Below the pieces are notes generated by a model. That model was not told where the DNA came from and made no database searches. It saw only the letters and a list, made by a program, of their open reading frames with translations. Below, piece after piece: positions 7,462-17,800 of a stretch of DNA of 64,000 bases. Numbering within the stretch: position 1 is the first letter of the stretch; each line of letters starts with the position of its first letter. The translations under genes were made by a program, and so were the position numbers. Source of the stretch: Ignavibacteriota bacterium (GTDB lineage: Bacteria > Bacteroidota > Ignavibacteria > UBA10030); contig OY969585.1 of assembly GCA_963701295.1 (NCBI GenBank), positions 3,456,001 through 3,520,000 of the forward strand. Reading direction: 5' to 3'.

Positions 7462-9294
7462 TTATTCCGTAAGCATCATCGTTACGGCATCCACTCTACC
7501 AAACGGCGCAGAGATTTGAACTCCTTGTACTTCCGTCCGAACTTGCCGGTAGGTCTCGCTGGCTATTTTTACACCTTCACGAAATGCCTCTTCCTTCGTT
7601 CTCGTATTTCTCATTCGTTCCATAATTTCTGCTGGAACAGAAGCACCAGGCACCTCATTATTCATGAATTCTGCATTTCGATATGACACGAGCGGCCAGA
7701 TACCACAAAGAATCGGCATCTTAATATGATCGATTCGTTTAAGAAACTTTTCAAGAATTTTCAAATCAAAAACCGGTTGCGTTATCATATACTCCGCTCC
7801 GGCTTGAATCTTCCAATCAAGACGACGCAGTTCTTCATCAAGATTAATGGCACCGGGATTCACTCCAACTGCTATCGAAAATCCCGTTGGTTCGCCGATA
7901 GAATTACCAGCAAAATCAAGTCCATGATTCAAACGGTTAATCAGATTGGTGAGACCTATGGCATCGACATCAAAGACCGCTGTGGCATCGGGGTAATTGC
8001 CTAGTTTTGGAGGATCGCCGGTAATTGCCAGAATATTCCGAATCCCAAGTGCCCATGCTCCGAGTAAATCCGATTGCATCCCGATAATGTTGCGATCACG
8101 ACAAGCGATATGAAGCACCGGCTCGATACCAACTTTATTGTGAATTTGTACTGCCATTGCTAAAGCTGACATCCGTGCTGAAGCGCGCGGTCCGTCAGGA
8201 ATATTAATAGCATCAATACCATATTCGTACAATGTCTTTGCTTTCGCTATTTCTTTTTCTGCAGAGATTCCTTTTGGAGAAACAAGTTCGACAAGTTTAA
8301 CAAATTCATTGCAAACCAGCTTTTTTGAAAGACGAGATTTTTCTTCTTTCTGATACATGCGTATTTGTTCTGGTTTCTCAATTTTGAGTGTCTCAACTTT
8401 CACGTCCATCCGCTTCGATGGCTGCAGTGCATGTACAGCACGGCGAATCGCTTTGATGTGCGTTGGATTTGTTCCACAACATCCCCCAACAATCGATGCG
8501 CCCGTTTGAATAAAGCGCTTGGCATATTCCGCCATATATTCTGGTGAAGTCATATAGAGATTTCTACCGCCGATGTTCTGCGGTAAGCCTGCATTGGGTT
8601 GAACCGAAAGCGGTAATGTCGTCAATTCCCGCAGACGTTCGAGTGCTTCCAACATCAACCGTGGACCTTCCGAACAATTCAATCCGATTGCCTCGACATG
8701 ATATGGAGATAGTCCTTCTACAAACCGCTGAAGTGATTCACCTGAGAGAAGATTGCCTTCGTTATTGATTGTCACTTGTGCCAGAATAGGAACATCCGCT
8801 TGCAATTCTCTTATAGCCCTCACACCTTGGATAAGTTCCTCTATTAAACTAAACGTTTCAAATACAATGAGGTCGACGCCTCCGTCGAGCAATCCCTTGA
8901 TTTGCTCGGCAAAGGTAGCTCTTGCTTCATCAAACGACAATTTACCAAGAGGTTCAATTTGGACTCGAAGCGGCCCTACTGACCCGGCAACCAATGCGGA
9001 ATCTTTCGCAACAGATTTTGCTAACCGTGCTCCTTTGTAATTAATCTCGTATACTTTTGACTCAAGTCCATGGGGAGCAAGAGCAAACGTATTGGCACCA
9101 AACGTATTTGTTTCGATGACATCGGCGCCTGCGTTAACATAATCCCGATGTAATTCCATTACCAATTCTGGATTTGTTAGATTGAGTTCTTCAAAACATC
9201 GATTAATATAGATGCCCTTGTCGTACAGATACGTTCCAGTCCCGCCATCGAAAACAATGATTTCACTTTGAAGCCGTTCTCTAAAAGATTTCAT
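7462..9294 (-). CDS. yitJ: Bifunctional homocysteine S-methyltransferase / 5,10-methylene-THF reductase
   Basis: FDGGTGT, ETNTF, GLNC and GGCCGT Zn ligands; C-terminal MTHFR domain (CRDRN, ITGDPP, ITQPVFD). Confidence 0.92.
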   Translation of the reverse strand: MKSFRERLQSEIIVFDGGTGTYLYDKGIYINRCFEELNLTNPELVMELHRDYVNAGADVIETNTFGANTFALAPHGLESKVYEINYKGARLAKSVAKDSALVAGSVGPLRVQIEPLGKLSFDEARATFAEQIKGLLDGGVDLIVFETFSLIEELIQGVRAIRELQADVPILAQVTINNEGNLLSGESLQRFVEGLSPYHVEAIGLNCSEGPRLMLEALERLRELTTLPLSVQPNAGLPQNIGGRNLYMTSPEYMAEYAKRFIQTGASIVGGCCGTNPTHIKAIRRAVHALQPSKRMDVKVETLKIEKPEQIRMYQKEEKSRLSKKLVCNEFVKLVELVSPKGISAEKEIAKAKTLYEYGIDAINIPDGPRASARMSALAMAVQIHNKVGIEPVLHIACRDRNIIGMQSDLLGAWALGIRNILAITGDPPKLGNYPDATAVFDVDAIGLTNLINRLNHGLDFAGNSIGEPTGFSIAVGVNPGAINLDEELRRLDWKIQAGAEYMITQPVFDLKILEKFLKRIDHIKMPILCGIWPLVSYRNAEFMNNEVPGASVPAEIMERMRNTRTKEEAFREGVKIASETYRQVRTEVQGVQISAPFGRVDAVTMMLTE

Positions 9295-9429
9295 CTCATG
9301 AGTTCCAAGAGGGATTGATGCAATTCTTTTATTCTAAGATAGGGATATAATGAGTGGGCTTCAAGCGGACTATCGAGATGAACAATAACAAATAAAAGTA
9401 CAGCTCTACAGTAAGAAAAGCTGCCGCTA

Positions 9430-10206
9430 TTATTGTTTCCGCGCCAGGAGCACCTGCTTCACTTCTTCAAGCTGGTCTACTGTATTCACACCCATAATTT
9501 CCTCACCCTGCATTGTCTTCAGTGCTGATACCTTCCATCGACGTCTCCAGAAATGCTCAAACACGTCGGTCAGGTAGTATTCATTCTGAATATTTTGTGG
9601 TGTGATATGTTTCAATCCATTAAAGAGTTTCTGTCCGTTAAACACATAAATTCCGGAATTGATCTCCTTCACCTGACGTTCTTCTTCGGTTGCATCTTTG
9701 TGCTCAACAATTCTTTTTACTGACCCATCATTGTTGCGAATAATACGACCATACCCTGTCGGGTCAGCAAAATCGGCGGTTAATATAGTTGCCGACGCTG
9801 CTGTTTGATGATGGTGGTCAATGAGTTCCTGCATGCTATCGGCAGTGAGCAATGGGACATCCCCGGACAGGACCACAACATCGCCGGTAAAATCTTTGAG
9901 CACTGCTTCGGTCTGCATCACTGCATGGCCTGTTCCAAGCTGCTCTGCCTGCACGGCAATTTCGACATTCGGATGAGAATTCTGGAGATACTGAATGACT
10001 GTATCACGCTGGTATCCGACGATTACGATAACATGAGAAGCTTTTAACATCTTCGCAAGATCAACAACATAGTGCACCATCGGTTTGCCGAGCACTTCAT
10101 ACATCACCTTGGCTTTGGATGAATCTTTCATGCGCGTTCCTTTCCCTGCAGCCATAATAACTGCCGCAAGTGGACGCTGAATTGGGGAGGTACTATTCTT
10201 CTGCAT
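9430..10206 (-). CDS. GlmU-like uridylyltransferase (N-terminal domain only)
   Basis: MAAGKGTRMK, EQLGTGHAV, GDVPL, GYGRI, EINSGIY, EYYLTD, GVN; no hexapeptide acetyltransferase domain. Confidence 0.88.
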   Translation of the reverse strand: MQKNSTSPIQRPLAAVIMAAGKGTRMKDSSKAKVMYEVLGKPMVHYVVDLAKMLKASHVIVIVGYQRDTVIQYLQNSHPNVEIAVQAEQLGTGHAVMQTEAVLKDFTGDVVVLSGDVPLLTADSMQELIDHHHQTAASATILTADFADPTGYGRIIRNNDGSVKRIVEHKDATEEERQVKEINSGIYVFNGQKLFNGLKHITPQNIQNEYYLTDVFEHFWRRRWKVSALKTMQGEEIMGVNTVDQLEEVKQVLLARKQ

Positions 10207-10212
10207 AGTTGA

Positions 10213-11085
10213 CTAAGGTATGATGGGAATGAGAGAATTGTCAATCAGGCGTGTAGTACCAAACCGCACTGCAAGTGCCACTAAAATTTCAGGGTGATTG
10301 AGATGGTCTATTTCGGAAAAAGTAGCGGGATCGACGAATGCAATATAATCAATCTGTGTTGGTGCACCCGATTGGACAATGTTCAGCATTTCCCTCCGCA
10401 ATAATGCAATCGAACGTTCACCTTGCCGGATCCGCTCTGACGCATGTTGAAGTGAATGGAATAGTACTAATGCACTTTTTCGCTCGGTTTCATTTAAGTA
10501 CATGTTGCGTGAGCTCATTGCCAGCCCGTCTGCTTCTCGAACAATCGGCGCAACAATAATATCAACATTAAAGTTTAAATCCTTAACCATCTTTCGGATG
10601 AGAAATGCCTGCTGCGCATCTTTTTGCCCGAAGACTGCTATGTGTGGCTTTGTGATGTTCAGAAGTTTCGCTACGACTGTTGTTACACCCCGAAAATGTT
10701 TAGGACGAAAGGCCCCTTCCAATCTATTTGATACTCCTTCAACTTCAACGATACTGCTGAACCCCGTTGGATATATTTCCTCAGTATCAGGATAGAAAAT
10801 AATGTCCGAACCAGCCATGTGAGCAACAACTTTGTCACGTTCGAAATCTCTAGGGTAACGAGTAAAGTCTTCGTTTGGGCCAAACTGTGTTGGATTAACA
10901 AAGATCGTTGTTATGACAATATCTGCAAGAGAACTTGCTCGTTCAATAAGACTCATGTGTCCCTTGTGCAAATATCCCATAGTTGGGATAACGGCAATTT
11001 TCTTCCCTTCACACCGGAACTTCCTAGAGACTTCCTGCATTTCCTGGACAGTTTTCAGAATTTGGACAGGCAACGCAGATTTCAT
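10213..11085 (-). CDS. panC: Pantoate-beta-alanine ligase
   Basis: PTMGYLHKGH, FVNPTQF, FGQKDAQQ, GLAMSSRN, RLIDN. Confidence 0.97.
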   Translation of the reverse strand: MKSALPVQILKTVQEMQEVSRKFRCEGKKIAVIPTMGYLHKGHMSLIERASSLADIVITTIFVNPTQFGPNEDFTRYPRDFERDKVVAHMAGSDIIFYPDTEEIYPTGFSSIVEVEGVSNRLEGAFRPKHFRGVTTVVAKLLNITKPHIAVFGQKDAQQAFLIRKMVKDLNFNVDIIVAPIVREADGLAMSSRNMYLNETERKSALVLFHSLQHASERIRQGERSIALLRREMLNIVQSGAPTQIDYIAFVDPATFSEIDHLNHPEILVALAVRFGTTRLIDNSLIPIIP

Positions 11086-11088
11086 TGA

Positions 11089-11946
11089 TCAACCTATGAG
11101 ATGATGCAGCATCTTCGTGACCGTTTCCTTGAGCTCTTTTCGATGTACAACTAAGTCGACGAATCCTTTATCTAATAAAAACTCTGAACGCTGGAATCCT
11201 TTTGGTAAATCCTTGCCAATCGTTTGTTTGATAACGCGGGGACCGGCAAAACCGATCAGCGCCTCAGGTTCGGCAATATGTACATCACCCAGCATAGCAA
11301 AGCTTGCTGTAACCCCGCCAGTCGTTGGATCTGTAAGAATGGAAATATACGGTACACCGGCATCGGAAAGTTGTGCAAGCTTTGCACTCATCTTCGCCAT
11401 CTGCATCAAAGATAAAGCCCCTTCCATCATCCGTGCACCACCAGTAGATGAGATGATGATCAACGGTTGTCTCTTTTTACGTGCGATTTCAGTAGCGCGG
11501 GCAATTTTCTCGCCAACTACAGAACCCATGCTTCCACCAATAAACGAAAAATCCATGCAGGCAACCACTACAGGAATTCCGTTCATCATTCCTTCACAGG
11601 TCCGTACAGCATCAAAGAGCCCTGTCTTTTTGATGGTTGCAGAGATACGCCTTGCATACTGTTTCGTATCAACGAATCCCAATGGATCGACGGACCGCAT
11701 TTTTTTATCCATCTCCTTAAAATCCCCTCCATCAAGCAGGATCTCGAAATATTCTTTGCTACCGATACGAAAATGGAAGTTACATTTAGGGCAAGTGAAC
11801 AGATTTTGTTCTAACTGTTTCTTGTGGATGATCTCGCTGCAGCCATTACACTTTGTCCACATGCCATCAGGAATATCTTTCTTCTGCCCATCCGATGAGA
11901 TATTTTCTTTTGACCGCTTGAACCACGCCATATATATCTCCTTCAC
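11089..11946 (-). CDS. accD: Acetyl-CoA carboxylase carboxyltransferase beta subunit
   Basis: CxxC...CPKC zinc finger, GGSMGSVVGEK, GGARMMEG, PTTGGV, FAGPRVI. Confidence 0.97.
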   Translation of the reverse strand: MKEIYMAWFKRSKENISSDGQKKDIPDGMWTKCNGCSEIIHKKQLEQNLFTCPKCNFHFRIGSKEYFEILLDGGDFKEMDKKMRSVDPLGFVDTKQYARRISATIKKTGLFDAVRTCEGMMNGIPVVVACMDFSFIGGSMGSVVGEKIARATEIARKKRQPLIIISSTGGARMMEGALSLMQMAKMSAKLAQLSDAGVPYISILTDPTTGGVTASFAMLGDVHIAEPEALIGFAGPRVIKQTIGKDLPKGFQRSEFLLDKGFVDLVVHRKELKETVTKMLHHLIG

Positions 11947-11964
11947 CTATCTTAAATCAATTTA

Positions 11965-12642
11965 TCATGCTTTCACATGTGTCCGTATGACGAAATCTTT
12001 CAAGTACATCGGTTCTAGATTTTCGGGAGCATTCTTCATGCCATCCTTCAGTTTTTCGATGGCAATACGTGCTATTACATCCCCGCGACAATATGAGAGA
12101 ATATTTTCAATAACTCCACTTTTATCTGAGATCTTCTTCAGTTCATCAATTCGATCTGTAACAATCACCGTTTCTCCTGTCATAGCAGAAAGCGCTGCAA
12201 TAAGGTTTCCGATTTGCACAGGAAGAAATTCGCAAAGTGTACCGTTCTTTTTTTCGTATGCACCAAGATAATAATCCCCCTGCTTTGCATCAACACACAC
12301 AACAACTCTATCGATTTGCGGGTGAGACGTGAATACCGCTTCTGCAACAGATTCAAATGCCGGAATTGCGATAAGAGGCTTTCCCCAAGCATAACATAAT
12401 CCTTTTGCAGTGCTCAATCCAATGCGAAGTCCTGTAAAAGAACCTGGGCCGATTGAAACTGCAACACCATCTATTTGTGGCAATGTGATTTTCTGATTTT
12501 CGCATACTTCTCGAATCAACGTCAACAATTTCTCCGAATGAATATGCGATTCAACAAGCGACCGTTCAGCATGCAAACCTGATTCGTTTATCAATCCAAC
12601 TGAACAAACAGCAGTCGATGTTTCGATGCCAAGAACCGTCAT
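11965..12642 (-). CDS. tsaB: t6A biosynthesis protein TsaB
   Basis: LGIETST, HSE.L, GPGSFTGLRIG, PMYL. Confidence 0.95.
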   Translation of the reverse strand: MTVLGIETSTAVCSVGLINESGLHAERSLVESHIHSEKLLTLIREVCENQKITLPQIDGVAVSIGPGSFTGLRIGLSTAKGLCYAWGKPLIAIPAFESVAEAVFTSHPQIDRVVVCVDAKQGDYYLGAYEKKNGTLCEFLPVQIGNLIAALSAMTGETVIVTDRIDELKKISDKSGVIENILSYCRGDVIARIAIEKLKDGMKNAPENLEPMYLKDFVIRTHVKA

Positions 12643-13088
12643 TGTTTTTCCACTTCATGAATTTCAATCCGACGCTCGTTCTCATCCGCTCCGACCGATA
12701 GTCGGACGTCATACCTTCGCTCCGGCAGTAGATCGCTAAGCATTTCTGCCCATTCAATAAGACAAATACCGTCTCCTTGAAGAAATTCCTCGTACCCAAG
12801 ATCATACAGCTCGGTAAGTGACTTTACTCGGTACAAATCAAAATGGTACATCAAAAGTTCATTTCCGCTTTTGTCCACACCATCGTACCTGTTAAGAATG
12901 ACAAAGGACGGACTTGTTGCCGGTGTATGTGCCTTAAATGTACGGCATACACCTTTCACAAACTGCGTTTTTCCACTCCCCAAATCACCATACAGTGCCA
13001 CGACATCACCGCGCCGTAAGTTGCTGGCAAATGTATATGCCAGAGAAATTGTTCCCTCTGTTGATGTGGTGGTGTACGCCTCGATCAT
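12639..13088 (-). CDS. tsaE: t6A biosynthesis ATPase TsaE
   Basis: GDLGSGKT, SPSF, HFDLYR, LIEWA. Confidence 0.96.
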   Translation of the reverse strand: MIEAYTTTSTEGTISLAYTFASNLRRGDVVALYGDLGSGKTQFVKGVCRTFKAHTPATSPSFVILNRYDGVDKSGNELLMYHFDLYRVKSLTELYDLGYEEFLQGDGICLIEWAEMLSDLLPERRYDVRLSVGADENERRIEIHEVEKQ

Positions 13089-14650
13089 TTTGATTCAAAC
13101 TTCACAATGGGCAGAATCATTTCCTCCATTGAAATACCGCCATGCTGGAAGCTGTCACGGTACTGGCTGAGATACTTATGATACTCTGTAGGATACACAA
13201 AGAAGTAATCTTCTTTTGCCATCACATAATTCGTGGTGACGTTTCCCCTCGGCAACCTGTATTCTATTGGACTTTTTACAAAGACCGCTTGTTTGCTATC
13301 AACTTTCAGATTTCTACCAAACTTGAACCGTAGATTTACCGATGCATCCCGGTCACCGATCACTTTCGAACCACGCATGCAACGGACACTTCCGTGGTCT
13401 GTCGTAAGGATGATCTTGACGTTCTTCTGCGTTGCGAGTGTCTTGAGCATACCAAAAAGTGACGAATGTTGAAACCACGACCGCGTAAGCGAACGATACG
13501 CCGCTTCGTCTGGAGCAATTTCTTTGAGGAGCGCTGAATCTGAACGTCCATGTGCAAGCATATCAACAAAATTCACAACGACAGATGTCAATCGACTTTT
13601 TGTGTAAGAAAGGATGTTCCCTTCAAATTGCCTTCCAAATTCGGCATCTATAATTTTTATGTACTTCGACTCTGGCTTCAACTGGATGCGCCTACGTTCC
13701 AAGAGCTTATCTATCAGCTGGTGCTCAAATCTGTTCCGGCTGTTTTCATCGTCGTCACCTTCAGACGACCATAATTCAGGGAATTGCTTTTCGATTTCGG
13801 CAGGAAAGAATCCGCTGAAAATTGCGTTCCGTGCATAGGGAGTCGCAGTGGGAAGAATACTGAAATAATACTGTTTATGAAAAGTGAAGTATTCTGCGAG
13901 CAGTTCTTCCATAATGAGCCATTGATCGAGTCGCAAACAATCGATAACAAAGAAAAAAACAGATGTGTGTTCATTCAGTTCGGGAATTACGCACCGCTCT
14001 ACGACGTCGGGTGAGAGCAAGATCGGACGTTTTAAATTCTCGATCCATCGATGATAGTTACGTTCGACAAATTTGCCAAACTCTGCATTACATTCGCGCT
14101 TCTGATCCTGAAGGGTCTGCCGGAGTCCTAATTCTGGATGAGAGTCCAATTCCATATCCCAACTGGTGATTTTAAGATACAGATCAATCCAATCTTCCTC
14201 GGCAAGCGGAGTGTTCAAGGAAAGATTGATGTTTTGAAATTCTTTGATATAGTCGCGTGAGACTTGCGCGCCGGCAATTTTCTTCGCTTCCAGAATTTTC
14301 TTACATGCCATAAGAATCTGGCTGGGATTCACCGGCTTCACTAAATAATCTGTGATTTTGCTTCCGATAGCTTCTTCCATTAAGCTCTCTGTTTCACTCT
14401 TCGTTACCATGACCACCGGAAGTGTCGGAGAAATATTCTTCATCGCCGAAAGAGTCTGCAATCCTCCCATACCGGGCATCATTTCATCGAGAAAGACCAA
14501 GTCGTAGCCTTTTGTCTTGACCATCTCGACCGCATCCTCGCCATTTGCTGCCGTATCTACCTGATACCCCTTTTGCTCTAACAACCGCAAATGAGGGCGC
14601 AATAAGTCGATTTCATCATCGACCCAAAGTATTTTTTTGAGAGATTCCAT
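13085..14650 (-). CDS. porX: PorX-like response regulator (REC + PglZ alkaline-phosphatase domain)
   Basis: ILWVDDEIDLL..FLDEMMPG receiver; DCLRLDQW, LPTATPYARN, TTDHG, FQHGGIS PglZ motifs; adjacent to tsaE as in Bacteroidota. Confidence 0.92.
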   Translation of the reverse strand: MESLKKILWVDDEIDLLRPHLRLLEQKGYQVDTAANGEDAVEMVKTKGYDLVFLDEMMPGMGGLQTLSAMKNISPTLPVVMVTKSETESLMEEAIGSKITDYLVKPVNPSQILMACKKILEAKKIAGAQVSRDYIKEFQNINLSLNTPLAEEDWIDLYLKITSWDMELDSHPELGLRQTLQDQKRECNAEFGKFVERNYHRWIENLKRPILLSPDVVERCVIPELNEHTSVFFFVIDCLRLDQWLIMEELLAEYFTFHKQYYFSILPTATPYARNAIFSGFFPAEIEKQFPELWSSEGDDDENSRNRFEHQLIDKLLERRRIQLKPESKYIKIIDAEFGRQFEGNILSYTKSRLTSVVVNFVDMLAHGRSDSALLKEIAPDEAAYRSLTRSWFQHSSLFGMLKTLATQKNVKIILTTDHGSVRCMRGSKVIGDRDASVNLRFKFGRNLKVDSKQAVFVKSPIEYRLPRGNVTTNYVMAKEDYFFVYPTEYHKYLSQYRDSFQHGGISMEEMILPIVKFESK

Positions 14651-14807
14651 TTATTCCTGAAGTAAAGTACCTATTCCACGCACGAGAATCAATGTAAGAG
14701 ACGTGGACGAAATACATAATTTAGAATAGTTTATTTTTCTTTCGCTAACTTCTTTGACATATATTATATGATAGAACAATATCCTCGCTTATTTCTCAAG
14801 AATCGGA

Positions 14808-17800
14808 TTATTTAATAGCAATGTTAACATCCAATCCGCCTTCATTGGTTGTAGAACCGGAGATTGTCGATCCACCTGCATCGGGAGAAAGTTTGGTGTA
14901 ACGATAATACAATGACGCGGTGACGCGTTCGCTCAGAGTGTACCGAATGCGCGGTTCTATTGTCGTAGTGCTTTGACCTCCCATCGGAAGGCCGCCACTT
15001 TGGAAATCGGTGAAATCATAACGGAGAGTGGAATTATGTGAGTAGCCGTAGGTGAGTGAGATATCAATGTTGTTCATGAGCGACAGGCCAAAAAAAGGAA
15101 TTTCAAATCCTTGCCGGCTAAACGTTCCGGAGATAGCAATATCCGATCTTGAATCTTCTCCAACATTCGATGAAGATGGCGTGAGATTGTACGTTGTAGT
15201 TTCATTGTACCGGAATGTAGCGCTCAATTTCCCTTTACCGAGGTCCTTGAATGTGATATTCAAACCGATTAATGGAGCAAACCCATACATAACCGATTGA
15301 TTTGTGATATCTTTCTCACCCACTTGTGTCAATTGCCAGTTCTCTGTATAGGTTGATGAATATGAATGATCGAGCGAGACAGACGACGCAAAACTCTTAA
15401 AGAGACTGAAGCTCTCCAATCCAGCCCATCTGATGGACCAATTGGCACGCGGTGCAATCGACCCAAGAATCTTCGTTAACCAAGGGAACGCTTCAAGCCC
15501 TTGCTCAAATGCTTGTGATAATTTAGCTGCATCGGTAGTTGAGTTATTCACGTCTTGCTGTTGCAGCGCTATATACTTCTTGTTCACATTGTCAAGATTC
15601 GTATTAAAGAATTTAAACATCAAGAAAGACGGCAGCGCAATATATGAGCGACTAATACTTCCGGTGACAGGTACTGTTCGCATTATAGGGGATACCGGTG
15701 GAGTCATTGCTGGTTGTGTTTTCATTATAGCTCCATCCAACTTTCCAATTTAAGTCAAGAGTTGCTCCCTCCCATAATGGGCGCGAGGTTTGTACGGAAA
15801 TATTATTATTCTGTGAATAATTATCCATTAAACTGACAACACCACTCGTATCTGAAGCGCGAAGACCCGGTACAGTGTACCCTGTAATAAACGGGAAAGC
15901 TCCTTTTGTCTTTAACAGCAAGCGACCGTTCGGGTCCGACGTAAGTCCGAGTTGATAGAATAGCGAAGGACCGTTTTCGATCAGCGATGATTGGAAAAAT
16001 GGGACTCGTGCAAATAGATTAGCAAATCCATTACTGCCGTACACACCGTTGTTTTGTGCCGAATTCGATTGAGTGAAGCTGATATTAAATTTTTCGAAAT
16101 CGAATAATGTATTTTTTATCAATAACCGCGTGATATCTCCAAACGATTTCAGCGGGCTAATTGATTTTTTTCCCTTACCGGTATCCGCCGGTGCCGATGC
16201 TGGTGTTGCAGACCAAATGGCTTCTGTGATCGGCTTAAGGCTGACATCCAGTGAGAATGAAGGATTTGCGGCCCAGTTTGCGCTCTTACCCAGTGGACCT
16301 AACGAAATATTATTTATCCAGCCATAATTTACGCCATACCGGAAATTGGGAGTAACTATCTTATCCAGCATGAGCACTTTCGGCGCTGTAAGTTTTGTGT
16401 TGAATGTTATTGATTGATTATAATTCTGATCGATGCCAAAGTTGATAAGGTGGTCGCTGAAGAATATATCACTGAGAATGTCGTAGAAAGAACGTAGTTT
16501 TCCGTTTCGTTTTTCCAAATTGTCAAGTGAACTTGAAATATTCACATTATAAGCGACGCCAAAATCGAACAATCCGCCTTCAAAGAATTGCCAATTGAAG
16601 TTCATGGACCGCGAGGCAGACATACTATGCGTAGTATCACTTCCCGATGTCTCTGTGCGCGCTTGTGATTCTGACTGGCTCCGGTTGAGCGACGCACCGA
16701 TACTTATCTGTTGTGGAGTGAAGAATAGTTTAAAATTCTTCCAGGGGCGCAGGACAAAGAAATCACCAAAAATGGAAAAAGGTGTTATATAGTTATTTTT
16801 ATTAAATTGTGTGCCATACAGAAAATTTGCGCCCCAATTCCATGCTTCATAAAATTCAGTTGACGGATCACGTCTGTGAGATATTGAGTAATTATATCCA
16901 AATGTCATCTTATTGATTGTCTCTGTCACAAGCCATGTTTTAAAAGGAATGTTAAATTTTATAGTCGGTACGGAATATGAATCCGTTATACTTAGATTCT
17001 CCGACTTGAGACGCACATCGTCTGCATTCTTGTATTCACGCGTGCTGCTTTTGGAAGTATCTGCTGCAACGGCGGCGGCCGCTGTCTCCACTAAAATATC
17101 TGTGCCGGGAACATACAGCGACTTTGCCATCGATTCTGAATGCGAATAACTTGCATCGAGAACTGTACCAGCCCAAGATTCCGGGAGCAATTTACCGAAA
17201 CTGAAGGCAGTTGAGATGTTCCAGCTTCTGCTCGTGTTGCGTGTACCAAAAGCGTCTTCCAATTGATGAAAGAATGGATTTGTTTCAGTCAAAGAAAACG
17301 CAATATTACCGATATCTGCAAGGGATATTTTTGCATCTAATTTATATGCCCACCCCGGTGTATCGTCTACATCGGTGAGACGGAGTTCGTCTGCCCACAA
17401 TTCACCGGTAAGAACGGTATCACCCTTTCTAAGAGCGGTATCGCCCTTTCCTGGATTTTGAACACCAAGAGAAATAAATTTTATTGCATCCAATCTCGGA
17501 TTTCCAAGCATCCGATATTTTGCACCTGGTGGTCCGCCAATTATTGTCTTTCCACGAGAGGCGGTGAGGCTATCAATTGCCTTAAGGTTAGTAAGATCGG
17601 CAAACTTAATAATCACATCGTTTCCCTGCCAATCTGGATGTACAGGTGCACTGTATTCGTAATAATTATATATGTCATCGCCAAAGCGAATGAAAAATCG
17701 GGCATCGTATTTGTTTGTATCTGTATATATAAATTGATGATATCCTTTTACACTTTCTAACCCTGTTTCACCATGAACAAACATCTTGAGCGTATGATAG

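Noticed and set aside
9295-9430. SAM riboswitch upstream of yitJ
   Set aside because: No SAM-I core (ATC..GAG / kink-turn) or terminator recognisable
11117-12271. 384-aa plus-strand ORF
   Set aside because: Antisense shadow of accD and tsaB with no protein-like motifs
15652-15740. sprA as a genuinely split two-gene system or programmed frameshift
   Set aside because: A single extra base in a 4-nt run with no slippery heptamer; similar indels occur in lpxD and other genes
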